The position numbers were made by a program, and so were the translations under genes. Of a DNA stretch of 64,000 bases, positions 1 to 11,830 are shown one piece after another; position 1 is the stretch's first letter, and the number at the start of each line of letters is the position of its first letter. Source of the stretch: Octopus sinensis (lineage: Eukaryota); NCBI RefSeq assembly GCF_006345805.1, contig NC_042997.1, forward strand, positions 75,454,001 through 75,518,000, in the 5' to 3' direction. The notes beneath the pieces are model-generated. The model had not been told where the DNA came from. It worked only from the letters and a program-made list of their open reading frames with translations, and searched no databases.

Positions 1-1560
1 AGGCATGTTTGTGAGTCAGTTACTATGCTGCATATGCATCTTGCCATACTATATGGGCTGTTTCTTTTTATGTGGGATGGATGGCAGGAGTAGAAATTTA
101 AATATTAGTGTGTATCGGGTTTTTTTGTAGTGGATGTCTGTTGTGATGATGGAGTTGTTTATCTTGATGTTGATGTCTAGGAAGGGAAGTTCGTTGTGGC
201 TGGTATCTATTGTGAAGTTGATTGATGGGTGCAGTGTGTTGAGGATGTTGTGAAATGTTCGTAGGTCTTCTTCTGATCTGTTCCAAAAGATGAAGCAGTC
301 ATCGAGGTAGTGTTTCCACTTTTTCTTGATGTCTTCTCTGAAGTCGTGTTCGAAGACTTTCCCTATTTCATCGTATAATTTGTTCTCAAGGAAACCCATC
401 ATCAAGTTGGCATATGAAGGTGCGAATTTTGTACCCATAATTGTGCCCTTTATCTGTCAGTATGTCTTGTTGAATGAGACTGTATTTTCTTCAAGTATTA
501 ATTGGGTGGCTTGGGTGATAAAGTCTGTCTTGAAACGTTTTTCTATGAATTCCCTGTATTGTTTTATTGTACCGATTGTTTTATTGCTTCCAGACCTAGG
601 GTGTGTGGTATGTTCGTGTCTAGGTTTGTGACATCGAAGCTTGCAAGTATGGTGTTTTTCGAAACTGTATTTGGAATGTGTGTGAGGAAGTCTATGTCAT
701 CCCTTATGTAGATTGGTATCTGTGGGCATAAAGGTTTGAGGAGTACATCTATGAAGTGGCTTAGTTGTGGTGTTGGTGCCTGGGGTCCTACCACTATTGG
801 TCTCATTGTGAGGTCAGCAGGCCTTTGTATTCTTATATAGTGGTTCCTCTGTTCCTTTATGGCTCTCTGTATTTCAGAGCTTTTATGAGTTTTGTGAATT
901 TTAGGTAATCCATAAAAGTTGCTATCTTTGGTTCTTGTGTTGCATAGATAGTCTTTCTCCTTATCTGTAAAGGAGTCCTGGTATTCATTGACTAATGTTC
1001 TAATTTTTTTATTGTTGCTTTCTCCAGTGGTGTTGGTTCCTCTTTATAGTATGTCTGGTTGTTAAGCAACTCCAGTATCTTTTCTTTGTAGTAATCTGTA
1101 TCCATAGTAATCTGTATCTGTGTATTCGTCTAGGTGTTTGTCACTTCCCTTGTAAGGGGTGAAATGGGACTTTTTTCTTATGATTCAGTTATCTTCTGTT
1201 TCATTATTTTCAAAGAATTCCATAAGGTGGAGGTGGCGGCTGAAGTTGTCTATATCAGTTATTAGTTCTATGAGATTTGGTGTGGGTGTAAATTTCAGGT
1301 CTTTTAGTAGTAGGTTCATTTCATTTTCATTAAGTTCTCTTTTAGATAAGTTTATTATTTTGGGGTCTATGTGCTTTGTGTGTTCATTCGGAATTTTTGG
1401 TGTATTGGGTCTGGAGTATGGCTGAAGTATCCTTTCCCTAAAAAAGGGGTTGTGCTGTTGCATCTCCAAATTCCCTTTTCATTTCTTAGGTTTTCTTGTA
1501 GCAGTAGGGGTGGTCTGTATGTGTTGTTTTGTCTTTGGTAGTTGTTTTCTTCCCATCTTC
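1..1560 (-). mobile_element. Penelope-like retroelement, frameshifted RT region, running off the window start
   Basis: Minus-strand ORF pieces contain PLE RT motifs: RPIV.GPQAPT..LSHFIDVLLKP, ILASFDVTNL.TNIP, MGTKFAPSYANL.MG, HYLDDCFIFW, LPFLDINI. Confidence 0.88.
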
Positions 1561-1850
1561 TGTGTTTGTTGAGCCAATTTCTATTACTGCATGTATATAT
1601 ATGTTTATGTACAAAAATCAGTGACAAGCAGTGTCTTCTTGAAAATTTTAGTTATGGCTGTGCTGTTTTAGGTACAACATGTTCTTTGTCTATCTCCTTA
1701 ACTTCTTGGAGATTTTAGTTATAATTATACTAATGTATCCATCTGTTCTAATTTAATTAAATTGATGTAATGATTGCATTTTTCAATTAAATGGAGTTGC
1801 ATGAAACAATCGTACTGCATTACCTCTGGATATCCTTGTTGCTTATTTTG

Positions 1851-1889
<39 letters not shown>

Positions 1890-1895
<6 letters not shown>

Positions 1896-2540
1896 TGTCA
1901 ATAATAAAAGGGTAAAACTAATTAATTATTAATTAATTTTACCAAGTAGTGTTCAGTATGTAAAACGACCATTTACGGTATATTTGAAACATTACATTAT
2001 AAAAATAGGGTTCAGTAAAATAATGTACTTTACCACATACCGAACTTTTTAGAAATAGCAGCCAAAAATCTTAGCTATTTCTTCTACTTTCAGAAAAATC
2101 TCCCTGACAATGCATACTCAAAAATAACTCACACATGTATAGAGGGAAAAATAACGAAAGATCACACCTATATAAGATTACCTGAGAACAGGCCCGTTTC
2201 TGGATTAGTTGAATATAAAAATCAACATTTCCTTCGTCAGCTCAAAGATTTCTTTTGATTTGGATTTGAAAGTACTAAAAATTAAACATACCCGTCTGTT
2301 ATGAGTAATCCCAGACAAACCATATTAGACTGCCAGTACCAACGAATTCAAAAATACAAATTCGTCCCCTTCTCAGGTAATCTTATATAGGTGTGATCTT
2401 TCGTTATTTTTCCCTCTATACCTGTATGAGTTATTATTGAGTATGCATTGTCTGGGAGATTTTTCTTAAAGTAGAAGAAATAGCTAAGATTTTTGGCTGC
2501 TATTTCTAAAAAGTTCGGTATGAACCCTATTTTTATAATA
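1890..2540. mobile_element. PLE-type terminal-repeat (pLTR-like) segment with an inverted partial copy, flanked by (TA)n
   Basis: About 2036-2188 recurs reverse-complemented at about 2370-2523. A hammerhead motif lies at 2181-2246, and both outer ends run into TA repeats. Confidence 0.65.
2181..2246 (-). ncRNA. Type I hammerhead ribozyme motif (canonical core)
   Basis: Minus strand reads UUUGAG-CUGACGA-A-GGA(AAU)GUUGA..UCAAC(UAA)UCC-A-GAAAC-GGGCCU-GUU/CUCAGG. Stems I, II and a near-palindromic stem III all pair. Confidence 0.75.
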
Positions 2541-2559
2541 TATATATGTATATATATCA

Positions 2560-2718
2560 TAGGCAACTTTCAATTTCTGCCTACCAAATCCATTCACAAG
2601 GCTTTGGTTGGCCCAGGACTATAGTAGAAGACACTTGCCCAAGGTGCCATGTTGTGGGACTTAACCCAGGACCATGTGGTTGGTAAGCAGGCTATTTACC
2701 ACACAGCTGCTTCTGCAC
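2560..2718 (-). mobile_element. tRNA-derived SINE, family C, head fragment
   Basis: Reverse complement reads tgtgtggtaaatagcctgcttaccaaccacatggtcctgggttaagtcccacaacatggcaccttgggcaagtgtcttctactatag. The same family recurs several times in the window. Confidence 0.75.
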
Positions 2719-4267
2719 CTAAAACATAAGAATCCGTAAAAATTTTTTCAAAACGATGCCTTTTTCAAAGAATGGTGCAATTCTGCATTAGCCCTGAAAA
2801 ATTACATTAGTATTAGATGGATGTGTCTTTATTTCATCTAAGATATATTTTTTTTATTGTGGATAGCAAGAAAAAACATCACTCTTAGTAGTTAAACATT
2901 CATTCAAGGTCCTTAACTACTTCAAAAGGTGTGAGAAGAGGGTGATTTGGCTGGTATTTCTAGCATGTAAAACATATAGAGGTGATGCATCAGTCTAAAA
3001 TATAAGACCCAGAGACCTAGATGAAATACTACGAAGCAGTTACTAATAGAACATGCATTTAATATTAAAAAACAATGATGAATTAATAGGTTATATTAAC
3101 TGAAAAACTAACACACAACTAAACATAAGCTTTAATAAAGAATCACAAAACAAATCAAATTGTATGAATAGATCATAAGATTGGATCTGCAAAGTAAAAA
3201 TTTCAAGTAGCAGTGACGGTAATTTTTGTTTTGGGGCATGTGCTCCGGTCTGGAAAATGCTATAATCAGTTAATGTGTATCAGTGGGTATGCATAACAGG
3301 ACATACAGAGAAACAGCTTTTCTTTCAAATATATTACTAATGATCCAACTTAAAATTATTATAGACAGCAGTGTGTAATGTGTTACCAAAAAAGGGAACT
3401 ATAATTCTCACTAAATATGATTAAGGTGTTAGAAACACCTACATTGCTAGAAATAAGAGCTAAAATGCTCTAATGCTTTAGTCAAATCACATAATTTTAT
3501 ATATATATATAAGCAAAGTGGTGCATTTTAATAAAGTTTACGTTGCAATGCAAGGGAGAAATAAAACAGCATAAAATATTGTGTTGCCAATAAATAACAA
3601 AGATGTGAAAATGTTTAAAAATTCCATTTTTAACATCTGGTTTTACTTGTATAAGTTTTTATTAAGATTCTCTATTTTGCTCACACATCGCAATGCTTCA
3701 AACAACTTTTCAAACACTTGTCTGTGTGTGTGTGTGTGTGTGGTGCAGTGCAGTGCGATTCGGTGTATGTATATATTTCATCATCATCATCATCATTTAA
3801 CGTCCGCTTTCCATGCTAAATGATGATGATGATGATGATGATGAAATATATACATACACCGAATCGCATTCATGTTTATTGTAAACAAATGCCATACAAG
3901 CTGTACTGTTCATTTACAAATTTCTATGAAACTTATCTTATGACTGCTGTTTATGCTTGAAAGATGTGAGAAAATATTACCATACTTGGAAATATGTGTG
4001 CATTGTTGACTGAAAAGCATGCATTTGTAGAAAGTCCTCAAATAATTTCATCTAATTCATATTGGCATAGAAAAATGGACTTTAAGAGAGAGTGGTGATG
4101 GCAGCAGTTGCAGCAGTGGTGATGGCTGCTGCTATTGTTATTGTTGACAGAAAGATAGAGAATCATCTGAAAATATTTATTTATCATTCAATAGATATTT
4201 TATAGTTATAATTGATTTACAAAACTGCTCCAATTTTTATTATGACTATTTGTTCTTTTCATTTTAG

Positions 4268-4367
4268 GATTTGATTTGAACATTGAAAGGATCTTTAAGT
4301 CCCTCTGCAATAACAGAACCCTCAAACACCTTTCAGTTGGTCGTAACTTTTCTGGAGTTAAAGCAAA
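4268..4367 (+). CDS. CARMIL: CARMIL/LRRC16-like internal coding exon 1 of window (LRR region)
   Basis: ttttag|GA acceptor and AA|gtgagt donor. Translates (G)FDLNIERIFKSLCNNRTLKHLSVGRNFSGVKA(K), resembling the CARMIL1 segment NRSIQHLALGKNF as recalled. Phase 2 end joins the next exon. Confidence 0.9.
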
Positions 4368-4532
4368 GTGAGTAAAATCCTTTGTGCTAATTTTTGTTTC
4401 CTTGAACTATATACATTGTTATTATTAACATCTTACAACAGTGGTATTATCACTTGGTATTTTGTTATCTACTTTAAACACCATTTGTATTACTTTCTCC
4501 ATGATTTTTATCTCAATATTTTAGTTGCTTTA

Positions 4533-4744
4533 AGGCAGTGAGCTGGCAGAAACATTAGCATGCCATGCGAAATGCTTACTGGTATTTCGTCTGTCTTTAC
4601 ATTCTGAGTTCAAATTCTGCCGAGCTCAACTTTGCCTTTCATCTTTTCAGGGTCAATAAATTAAGTACCTGGTGTGTACTGGAGTCAATCTAATCAACTG
4701 GCCCCTTCCCAAAAATTCCGGGCCTTGTGCCTAGAGTAGAAAAG
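4533..4744 (+). mobile_element. tRNA-derived SINE, family A, with 18-bp TSD
   Basis: Head ggcagtgagctggcagaaac...ttctgagttcaaattc (B-box-like). TSD aatattttagttgcttta at 4515-4532 and 4745-4762. Confidence 0.88.
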
Positions 4745-4934
4745 AATATTTTAGTTGCTTTAATTCTTAACTACTATCCCAAAATCATGGTTATTTTAAT
4801 AGTGCGAATCTCATATTATCATAACTTTCACCATAATCATTTGTACCAATATTTTATATGCCACTTGCTCAGTGGCACTCTCTAGTGATGCTGAGCAGCA
4901 ACCAATCCAGGTACAGATGTAACTATACCAACCA

Positions 4935-5171
4935 CAATAGGGCGGCGAGCTGGCAGAAACGTTAGCACGTTGGGCGAAATGCTTTGTGGTATTTCGTCTG
5001 TCGCTACGTTCTGAGTTCAAATTCCGCTGAGGTCGACTTTGCCTTTCATCCTTTCAGGGTCGATAAATAAAGTACTAGTTTCGCACTGGGGTCGATATAA
5101 TTGATTTAATCCGTTTGTCTGTCCTTGTTTGTCCCCTCTATGTTTAGCCCCTTGTGGGCAATAAAGAAATA
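4935..5171 (+). mobile_element. tRNA-derived SINE, family A, with 11-bp TSD
   Basis: Head ggcggcgagctggcagaaacgttagc...gttctgagttcaaattccgc. TSD tataccaacca at 4924-4934 and 5172-5182. Confidence 0.88.
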
Positions 5172-6610
5172 TATACCAACCATGTAGCAATTATTTTATT
5201 TTACTCTTTGCTGAGCATTTGTTTTTTGTTCTTAACTTTCATTTACATGCTTCTGTTATACGTATGATGAAGTATTTTAAGCTTCCTTTTCCACTTCAGT
5301 GATCACTGCTCTGCTTTCCTTTTTAAGTCAAATGCCAGCCAAGAAAGACAGTGTGGATCTAGCTGCAAACTCACAACATCTAAATGTATGGAAGTACATA
5401 CACTGCCATTCACGTCTCACATGATAGCCTAAGTCCTAAACACTTTAGGCTCTATCTATCATGTGCATTTCCAAAACAGTTTCAACTCAACAATCAAACT
5501 ATTTTTGCCATAAGTTGAGGTCGTAATTTTCTTATTGCAATCTGGTTTGGGAACAAGTTCTTCCTTCAAATCTGCACCTTCCACGTCATTGAAAAATGTG
5601 GGTCTTGACTTTCCTTTGTTTTACTCCTGCAATGTTCATTCACACCTTCTGTGTAAAAAGCAACAAGGGTGTTGATCCCTATGGGATTGATGCTGCTATA
5701 TTAGCAAAGTTACTGAAAAGTTTTATACCACTCTGCAAGAAAAGACTTGTATGCTCCCAGAACACGCTCTAAGTATGTTTAACCTTCCTGCATAGATAGA
5801 AGCACATCATAGCAGCATTAGCAATATGATAGTTTCTTATGCTCCTCTGTATCTTATGCTGTCACGATATTTTATCTGCCTTTGTTATTCTACGTCTAAT
5901 GTTAGGTAGAACATTCTGGGTCTAGTTATATCCCACTTTTATTAGAAGTAACATACACTGATTGTTCTATATTATTAATTTGTTTCATATTTCTCCCAGT
6001 TCATCCATTAATCTGCTCTACTTCTTTTACTTCCAGAGTTGTCTCTACCACTTTAATAGCTTTTTATGTTCCATTTCCTTGTTGCCAACACTAGTTCCTG
6101 GACCCCTACAGCAACAGGACCTCCTGAATTTTATAGCATCATGTAGCAGCACACTTTTCCTTTGCAACTTTAAACTAAATTTTCTAAAAATAGCAGATTG
6201 TATTAGCAAGAAGTCTGAAATGAAAATTTTTATGATAAAGTAAAATATGTACTGAGCCATCTATGAAATTTAGTATAAATACATTGTTGAGTAGCATGTT
6301 TACTCGTCCACATATGGGAGTGAGACAAAAATTATCCCAGCAGTGACTGATGAAAATGCCAGATGCATTTCAACCTTATTGGGCCTGTTCAATGGCATAT
6401 ACCCACAGCTAACCACATGCTTAGATATTTGTCACTTCTGACATATAGGAAACAGTGAATAAAGATACACTGGTATTGCAACTAGCTGCCTGACTAAATA
6501 AAAATTCTTTATATGCAATAGAAGCATTATTAATTAAAATAGTCATCTATGTATCATACTTAAATACATCTTTAAAAGGCAAATTTATTGTGATATTCAT
6601 CTGGAGATAA

Positions 6611-7069
6611 CATCCGTTATGGACAAGATATGTTTAAAAATACAATATATAACAGAAGGAAACAAAACGCAGTTAGCAAGAACCCCAAATGCATTTCAGC
6701 CGCAAGGATTTAGTCAGTGATATATTGACAGCCAGCCTCATGCTGAGATGAGATTTGTAATCTTTGATAAATAGGAAAACAGTGAAAAGTATTCACTAGT
6801 ATTCTGAAAAGGCACCCAGTGGAATAAAATTATGTTACATACAATAGTAGAAACTATAGTTTTATTCACCAATACCAGTGAATGTTTTCAGTTTTCCTAT
6901 ATACTGGAAGCAATAAATCTCATCTAAGCATGTGGCTGGCTGTGAGTACACACCATTAACCCAACAAGGCTGGAATGCATCTGGCATTCCAGCTATGCTC
7001 TGTTGAGACTATTCTCATCTCCCTCCAATATATATTGTGTTTTTAAACATAGGATATCCATAAAAGATG
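6611..7069. repeat. Old foldback/MITE-like imperfect inverted repeat
   Basis: Arms pair by eye: catccgttatggacaagatatgtttaaaaatacaatatata with tatatattgtgtttttaaacataggatatccataaaagatg, and acagccagcctcatgctgagatgagattt with aaatctcatctaagcatgtggctggctgt. Confidence 0.7.
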
Positions 7070-7283
7070 AAAATTTTAAAGTAGTAGGTATCTCAAATTA
7101 CATAAAAAAAATTATTAACTTTAATCCTGAAAAGTAGCATAATCCACTACTTGTATCATAATCTGACAACTTATTGAAGTCTTATAGTTATGCTTATTCT
7201 TAATACGAACATTATTTTTACATTTCTTTTTGCTTATTATTTTTTCATTTTACTTTAAAATAAATCTTTATCGATTTCATTAG

Positions 7284-7338
7284 ATATTTGCCTCGTGTTT
7301 TGGATAGTTTGGTTCAACTTCTTCATGATGAAAACTGT
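7284..7338 (+). CDS. CARMIL: CARMIL exon 2 of window
   Basis: cattag|A acceptor and TGT|gtaagt donor. 55 nt encoding (K)YLPRVLDSLVQLLHDENC, which matches CARMIL 'VLDNLVQMIQDEES'. Confidence 0.9.
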
Positions 7339-7622
7339 GTAAGTAATATTTCTTTTTTCTCACCGTACTGTTCTTCCTAAATATATTTATTTGATAGATG
7401 GATTAAGCAAGAGGAGAACTACTCATAAATTTTGCTAGAATTTGTGCAGTTTTTTTTGTGGAAGGTAAGAGAAAAACCTGTCTAAAAATGAAGTTCTCAG
7501 ATATATATCTATGGAGAACACATGGGGCAAAGTACAATATTCAAGGCTGAGAATGTGATACAAAATGGGTAACAAAACATGTGCATTGGGTTAAGTTTAT
7601 ATTTTATTATATAACATTTTGT

Positions 7623-7822
7623 GAAGGCAGCAAACTGGCAGAATCATTATTGCACTGGACAAAATGCTTAGTAGCAGTTTTTCTGGCTTTATGTTCTGAG
7701 TTCAAATGCCACTGAAGTCAACTTTGCCTTTTATATTTTGGGGTTGATAAAATGAGTACTGGTGTTAAACAACTAACCCCTTCCCCAAAATTTCAGGTCT
7801 TATGCGTGTAGAAGGGATTATA
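7623..7822 (+). mobile_element. tRNA-derived SINE, family A, diverged
   Basis: Contains ggcagcaaactggcagaatc...gttctgagttcaaatgcc...aactttgcctttt. Confidence 0.75.
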
Positions 7823-8356
7823 AAACATTTTGCGAGCAATAACATTGTTGGTTACTAGGCGTAACATGATAAATTCCATTGTCTCGACCACGGTCAAACA
7901 ATGATGATGATGAAAGGGCATTCACCAGTTCACTCTATTTACAATATGAGTGTCTACAACTCAGGCAAAACAAATACTACGGATAATTTTAATTTGAAAA
8001 CACTAGTTTCTTGGAGGATTTTGACTGGCAACTGGTGGTGCTGTCACCTATGGTTGCTTTCAGAGTTTCTTGGTTATGATGATATACATCCGTGAAAGAT
8101 ATTAAGAAAGCCTGCACAGTTTCCATATATCAAATTCCACTCACATGGCATTGCACAACCTATAGTAGATTTCTGTTTAATGCATTGCACAGAAGGACCA
8201 AACTTTGAACCACATGATTTTTTTAAGCAAAATTTTTAAGCATGGAGCCTTGCATGTACCCTTGTTGATATACATTATTGCATAAGTAATGAAATACTGT
8301 CAATTTTAGAGATGAGTATTCAGTTGTTTCATCATCTACACTGCCTACTCATTGTA

Positions 8357-10283
8357 CGAGGAGGTACTCAAAAGTAACTGGAAACATCCTCTGTGGGACA
8401 AGCCCATTGTAGTTCAGGCTTCCACTACTGGGAGCCATTTGACATAACCCTCGCACTTCAGTATGTCGACCAGCGTCATCAAGTGAAGTCGTACTGTTAC
8501 GTGATACATCTTTGTTTTGCAGTGTTTCCCCCCTGTTTATCAATGTTTGCAATGGCAGACACAAAAGAACAGCATGCTTCTATGAAATTCTGTTTTCTGC
8601 TGGGGAAATGGCAGCTGAAACAGTTGTCATGCTTTAAACAGCTTGCAAAGACGCTACCATGAGCAAAACACAAGTTTATGAATGTCTGTCACGCTTTAGG
8701 AATGGTCACTTTGTCATTGAAACCAACCTCATTCAGAGCATCTGTCAACCTCCTGAACAAATGGAAACATCATAAAAATTCATGAACTAATTTTGGAGGA
8801 TTATCACCAAACCGTTGATGAACTTGTTGATATTTCTGGTATCCTGGAGCTCCTGCCAACAGATTTTGAGCAAGGAATTGTGAATGAAAAGAGTTGCAGC
8901 AAAATTTGTGCCTTGTTTGCTCACAGAAGATCAAAAGTAGTCACAACTGAATGCGTGTCATGAATTGAAAGAACAGTTGGAAGTTGATCCAGATCTTTTT
9001 TCAGAAGTCATCACTGGTGGCAAAAGCTGGCGCTGCAGAATTTGTAGATGTGGAAGAGGTGAACAAAAAAGCAACAGAGATGTTACGGAATCACCCGTCG
9101 TCGCTCGCCCGAACGGGCAAGTTCGCCACGGAACCCAGAGAGGAGAGGAGAGATACAACAACAACAACAGCAGCAGCAGCACAGAGATACAGAGGCAACC
9201 CAGAGAGACACAAATAGGCAAGGCACAACTGGCTTACATTTAACAACTAGTTTATATGACAATCAATTGTTACTACATCAATCACATTTCAGATACATTT
9301 AAAGGAAACAACAAATCAATACAGGTATACAACAGATCAAAGCATTTCAAGGGTACACGTCCGAAGACACAGTTCTTTTTCAAATCACATCAACAGATAA
9401 CGTTCACAGTTCTTTAAAGTCTTTTTCTATTTTCTTTTGTAACATGTATCAACACAATTCTGAACATAAATACCACAACTCGATAATCGACACATCGACA
9501 AGTCCCTTTCTCAATTCACAATGTTCTTTTCACTGTCTCATTTCTTTTCACTGTTCATTTCGATTCCTTGTCCTTCTTTTTCTACACATATCAATGCACA
9601 ATTCACGTACCTTAATTCCTAATTAGAATAGCCAGTGTCCCATATTGCACTTCATCTCTCTCCGTACCGCTAACTCCAATTTGCCAAGCTCCTGAATCCC
9701 AACCGCTTGCCCTGACTTCCAAAATCCGACTGTCCCTCTATCACTACCCCTCAATCTGTCTCTACTGCTCATACCCTCTCCATCTGCTCTCAGCCCTAAC
9801 TGCCTATCTCTATCCTCAATCTGTCTCTTAGCCCTATACTCTCTCTATCCCGCCTGGTCCTATGTCCCTATCTTTATCGGCGCTGCTGCTGTCATCCTCT
9901 CTATCTGCTCTCAGATTCCTTACTCTATCTTTCTCACTACTTTCCTCTTCCTCTTCTTCAAGGGGTGTCTAGAACGACCTCCAATCGACCGCACAAGGCC
10001 AAAGGTCCCTCCAAAAGCCATTACTCTTCCAGTAAACAAAGGGCTGTCGCTTTTTACTCCAGACCTGCCGGCACCACTCCCACAAAGTGGGTCAAGAAAT
10101 ACTGCACTAGCCAAACCATAACAGAGACATTAAAAGGCACCACTTTGCAAGAGTTCCACCAATGTTTCGAATCATGTATTGCATCAATGTATTATGCTTT
10201 CAAGGCAATAGAAGTGTAAACATGTAAAACTAAATGAATAAAATAATATTGCAAAATTCTGGTTTCTTTTGAGTTCTCCCTTA
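8357..10283 (+). mobile_element. Degenerate mariner transposon with an internal deletion, interrupted by a solo LTR
   Basis: Ends TA|cgaggaggtactcaaaagtaactggaa and ttctggtttcttttgagttctccctta|TA form a TIR pair. Transposase remnants: VAAKFVP, DPDLFSEVITG, FVDVEEVNKKATE/TLKGTTLQEFHQCFE. Confidence 0.82.
9081..10123. mobile_element. Solo LTR (1043 bp) with 4-bp TSD GAGA
   Basis: Termini TGTTACGG...CCATAACA are inverted. GAGA is duplicated at 9077-9080 and 10124-10127. Removing the insert restores the mariner frame ATETLKG. Confidence 0.88.
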
Positions 10284-11320
10284 TATTAGTGTGTAAATGG
10301 CAGGGCATTTCACAGACTTTAGAATAAGACCTTGCAGCACTGCTCAGCACATTGAGCAACAATCATTTTCCACCAGCTTTGGTCATCTACTACTCTAGTA
10401 CATCCATTCCATTTAATGTTAATTGTCCTCGGGTTATCTTGAAGTGCTAAGGGATCTTTAGCCTGCCCCTTCTATACATGCCAACAGGTGGTACCCAAGT
10501 CATGGTTGTTTTCAAGTACTGTAGTTGGCTAGATGGATAATGTGCCCAGCCAGGCAGAATTGGCATTTTGCTACAATCTCTTGCCATAAATGGGAACTTG
10601 CTCTTCTCATAATCTCGTTCTTTGTCACACTGCTATCAGTTGACTCTCAGGATCTTCCTAAGGCATGTTTGATAGAATACATTGTTTTTTATCCTTCTTT
10701 ACTATGCTCTTGCTGCCATTGATTGCAGTGAAGCTAGGAATGTATAGAGGCTATAGACAGAATGATGGAGTTATATAGATGTTTAGATCCACCTTATACT
10801 GTTGACCACTGGTCTATGTCACAGTATATAAACACACATGCATACACGCAGTAGTATCAACATATATTTATACACATGCACATGTTTACATGCCATGACC
10901 AAGCACGCATTTACAGGATGTAGACATTCGTTTGTAAAATATTTATGACAACTTTTCTTTCCTCTTAATGACAGCAATTATCTGCTCCTATCTCCCTCCT
11001 CATTCTCACCCCTCTTCTTTGTTCCTATCAACTCTACAACTCCCACATATTTGCCCTCATTTATCTCTTTCTTATTTCTTGACCATTTTATTTCTTCAAA
11101 AATTAGGTTTTTTCTTCTGTTCTTCCGGTTTTACTTTCCATTTTAACTCACCTGCAGTGAGTTAACTTTGAACAAGCGACAATGTAACCTTCACTGCCAA
11201 TAAATTGTTATTGTTCATGATCGTACACTGCCCACCTTTTGTTCTCTGTACATGCCATGGACTGCTTAAAGATTACAAATTTCCTTTGCTTGACTCTCTG
11301 GATCTTACCCAAGTCATTAA

Positions 11321-11542
11321 CCCTTTTGTTACTGTATTTATTTTGAGATGCTTCGTGTTTCTTTCAATTAATTTTAAATATAACGAAGAATTTAATAAAA
11401 TAACTTAATTATCATTAAGCTAGTGTTAGAAACATAAATTGTGACTACGGTTTGGTGGAAGATTTTAATTCAAAACTTATGATAACAAGACATTTGTACT
11501 ACAGAACCAGAGGCAGTTTCAGCCAGGTTGATATTGAAAGGG
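11321..11542. mobile_element. piggyBac-like MITE
   Basis: TTAA|CCCTTTTGTTAC at the left end and GAAAGGG|TTGA at the right end. The same terminus appears at 12108-12124 and 47159-47176. Confidence 0.7.
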
Positions 11543-11649
11543 TTGAGAATGAAATGTTCAATTTTGAACTGAAAGTTTCTTTTACTTTGTCTCAATAAAA
11601 GGCAATGCAGTTAATCAATGTATGCACCTAAATTATCAACACAATTTTG

Positions 11650-11830
11650 CCATTTTATCAGTAGCTTAGTAAAGTCACCAGACTGGAACTTCTCAAACCA
11701 TCGACATACAGTGCGCTCATTCACCCAATCTTCACCAAACACCTCATTGATGTTTTAAGCTGTCTAGGATGCATTGGTTCCATGATGGAACTCTTATTCA
11801 TAAACAACACAAACTTTTTATCTATCCATG
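11650..11830 (-). mobile_element. mariner transposase N-terminal (HTH) fragment
   Basis: Minus strand reads ...YEFHHGTNAS.TA.NINEVFGEDWVNERTVCRWFEKFQSGD, with frame breaks. Confidence 0.65.

Noticed and set aside
1780-1856. Hammerhead 3' half (GAAAC-AAUC-GUA/CUGCA) on the + strand
   Set aside because: No matching CUGANGA core or stem I partner upstream. Possibly an inverted pLTR relic, but not supportable as a ribozyme.
8965-9243. ORF with a CRICRC pseudo-zinc motif
   Set aside because: It is an off-frame read across the mariner deletion and into the solo LTR.
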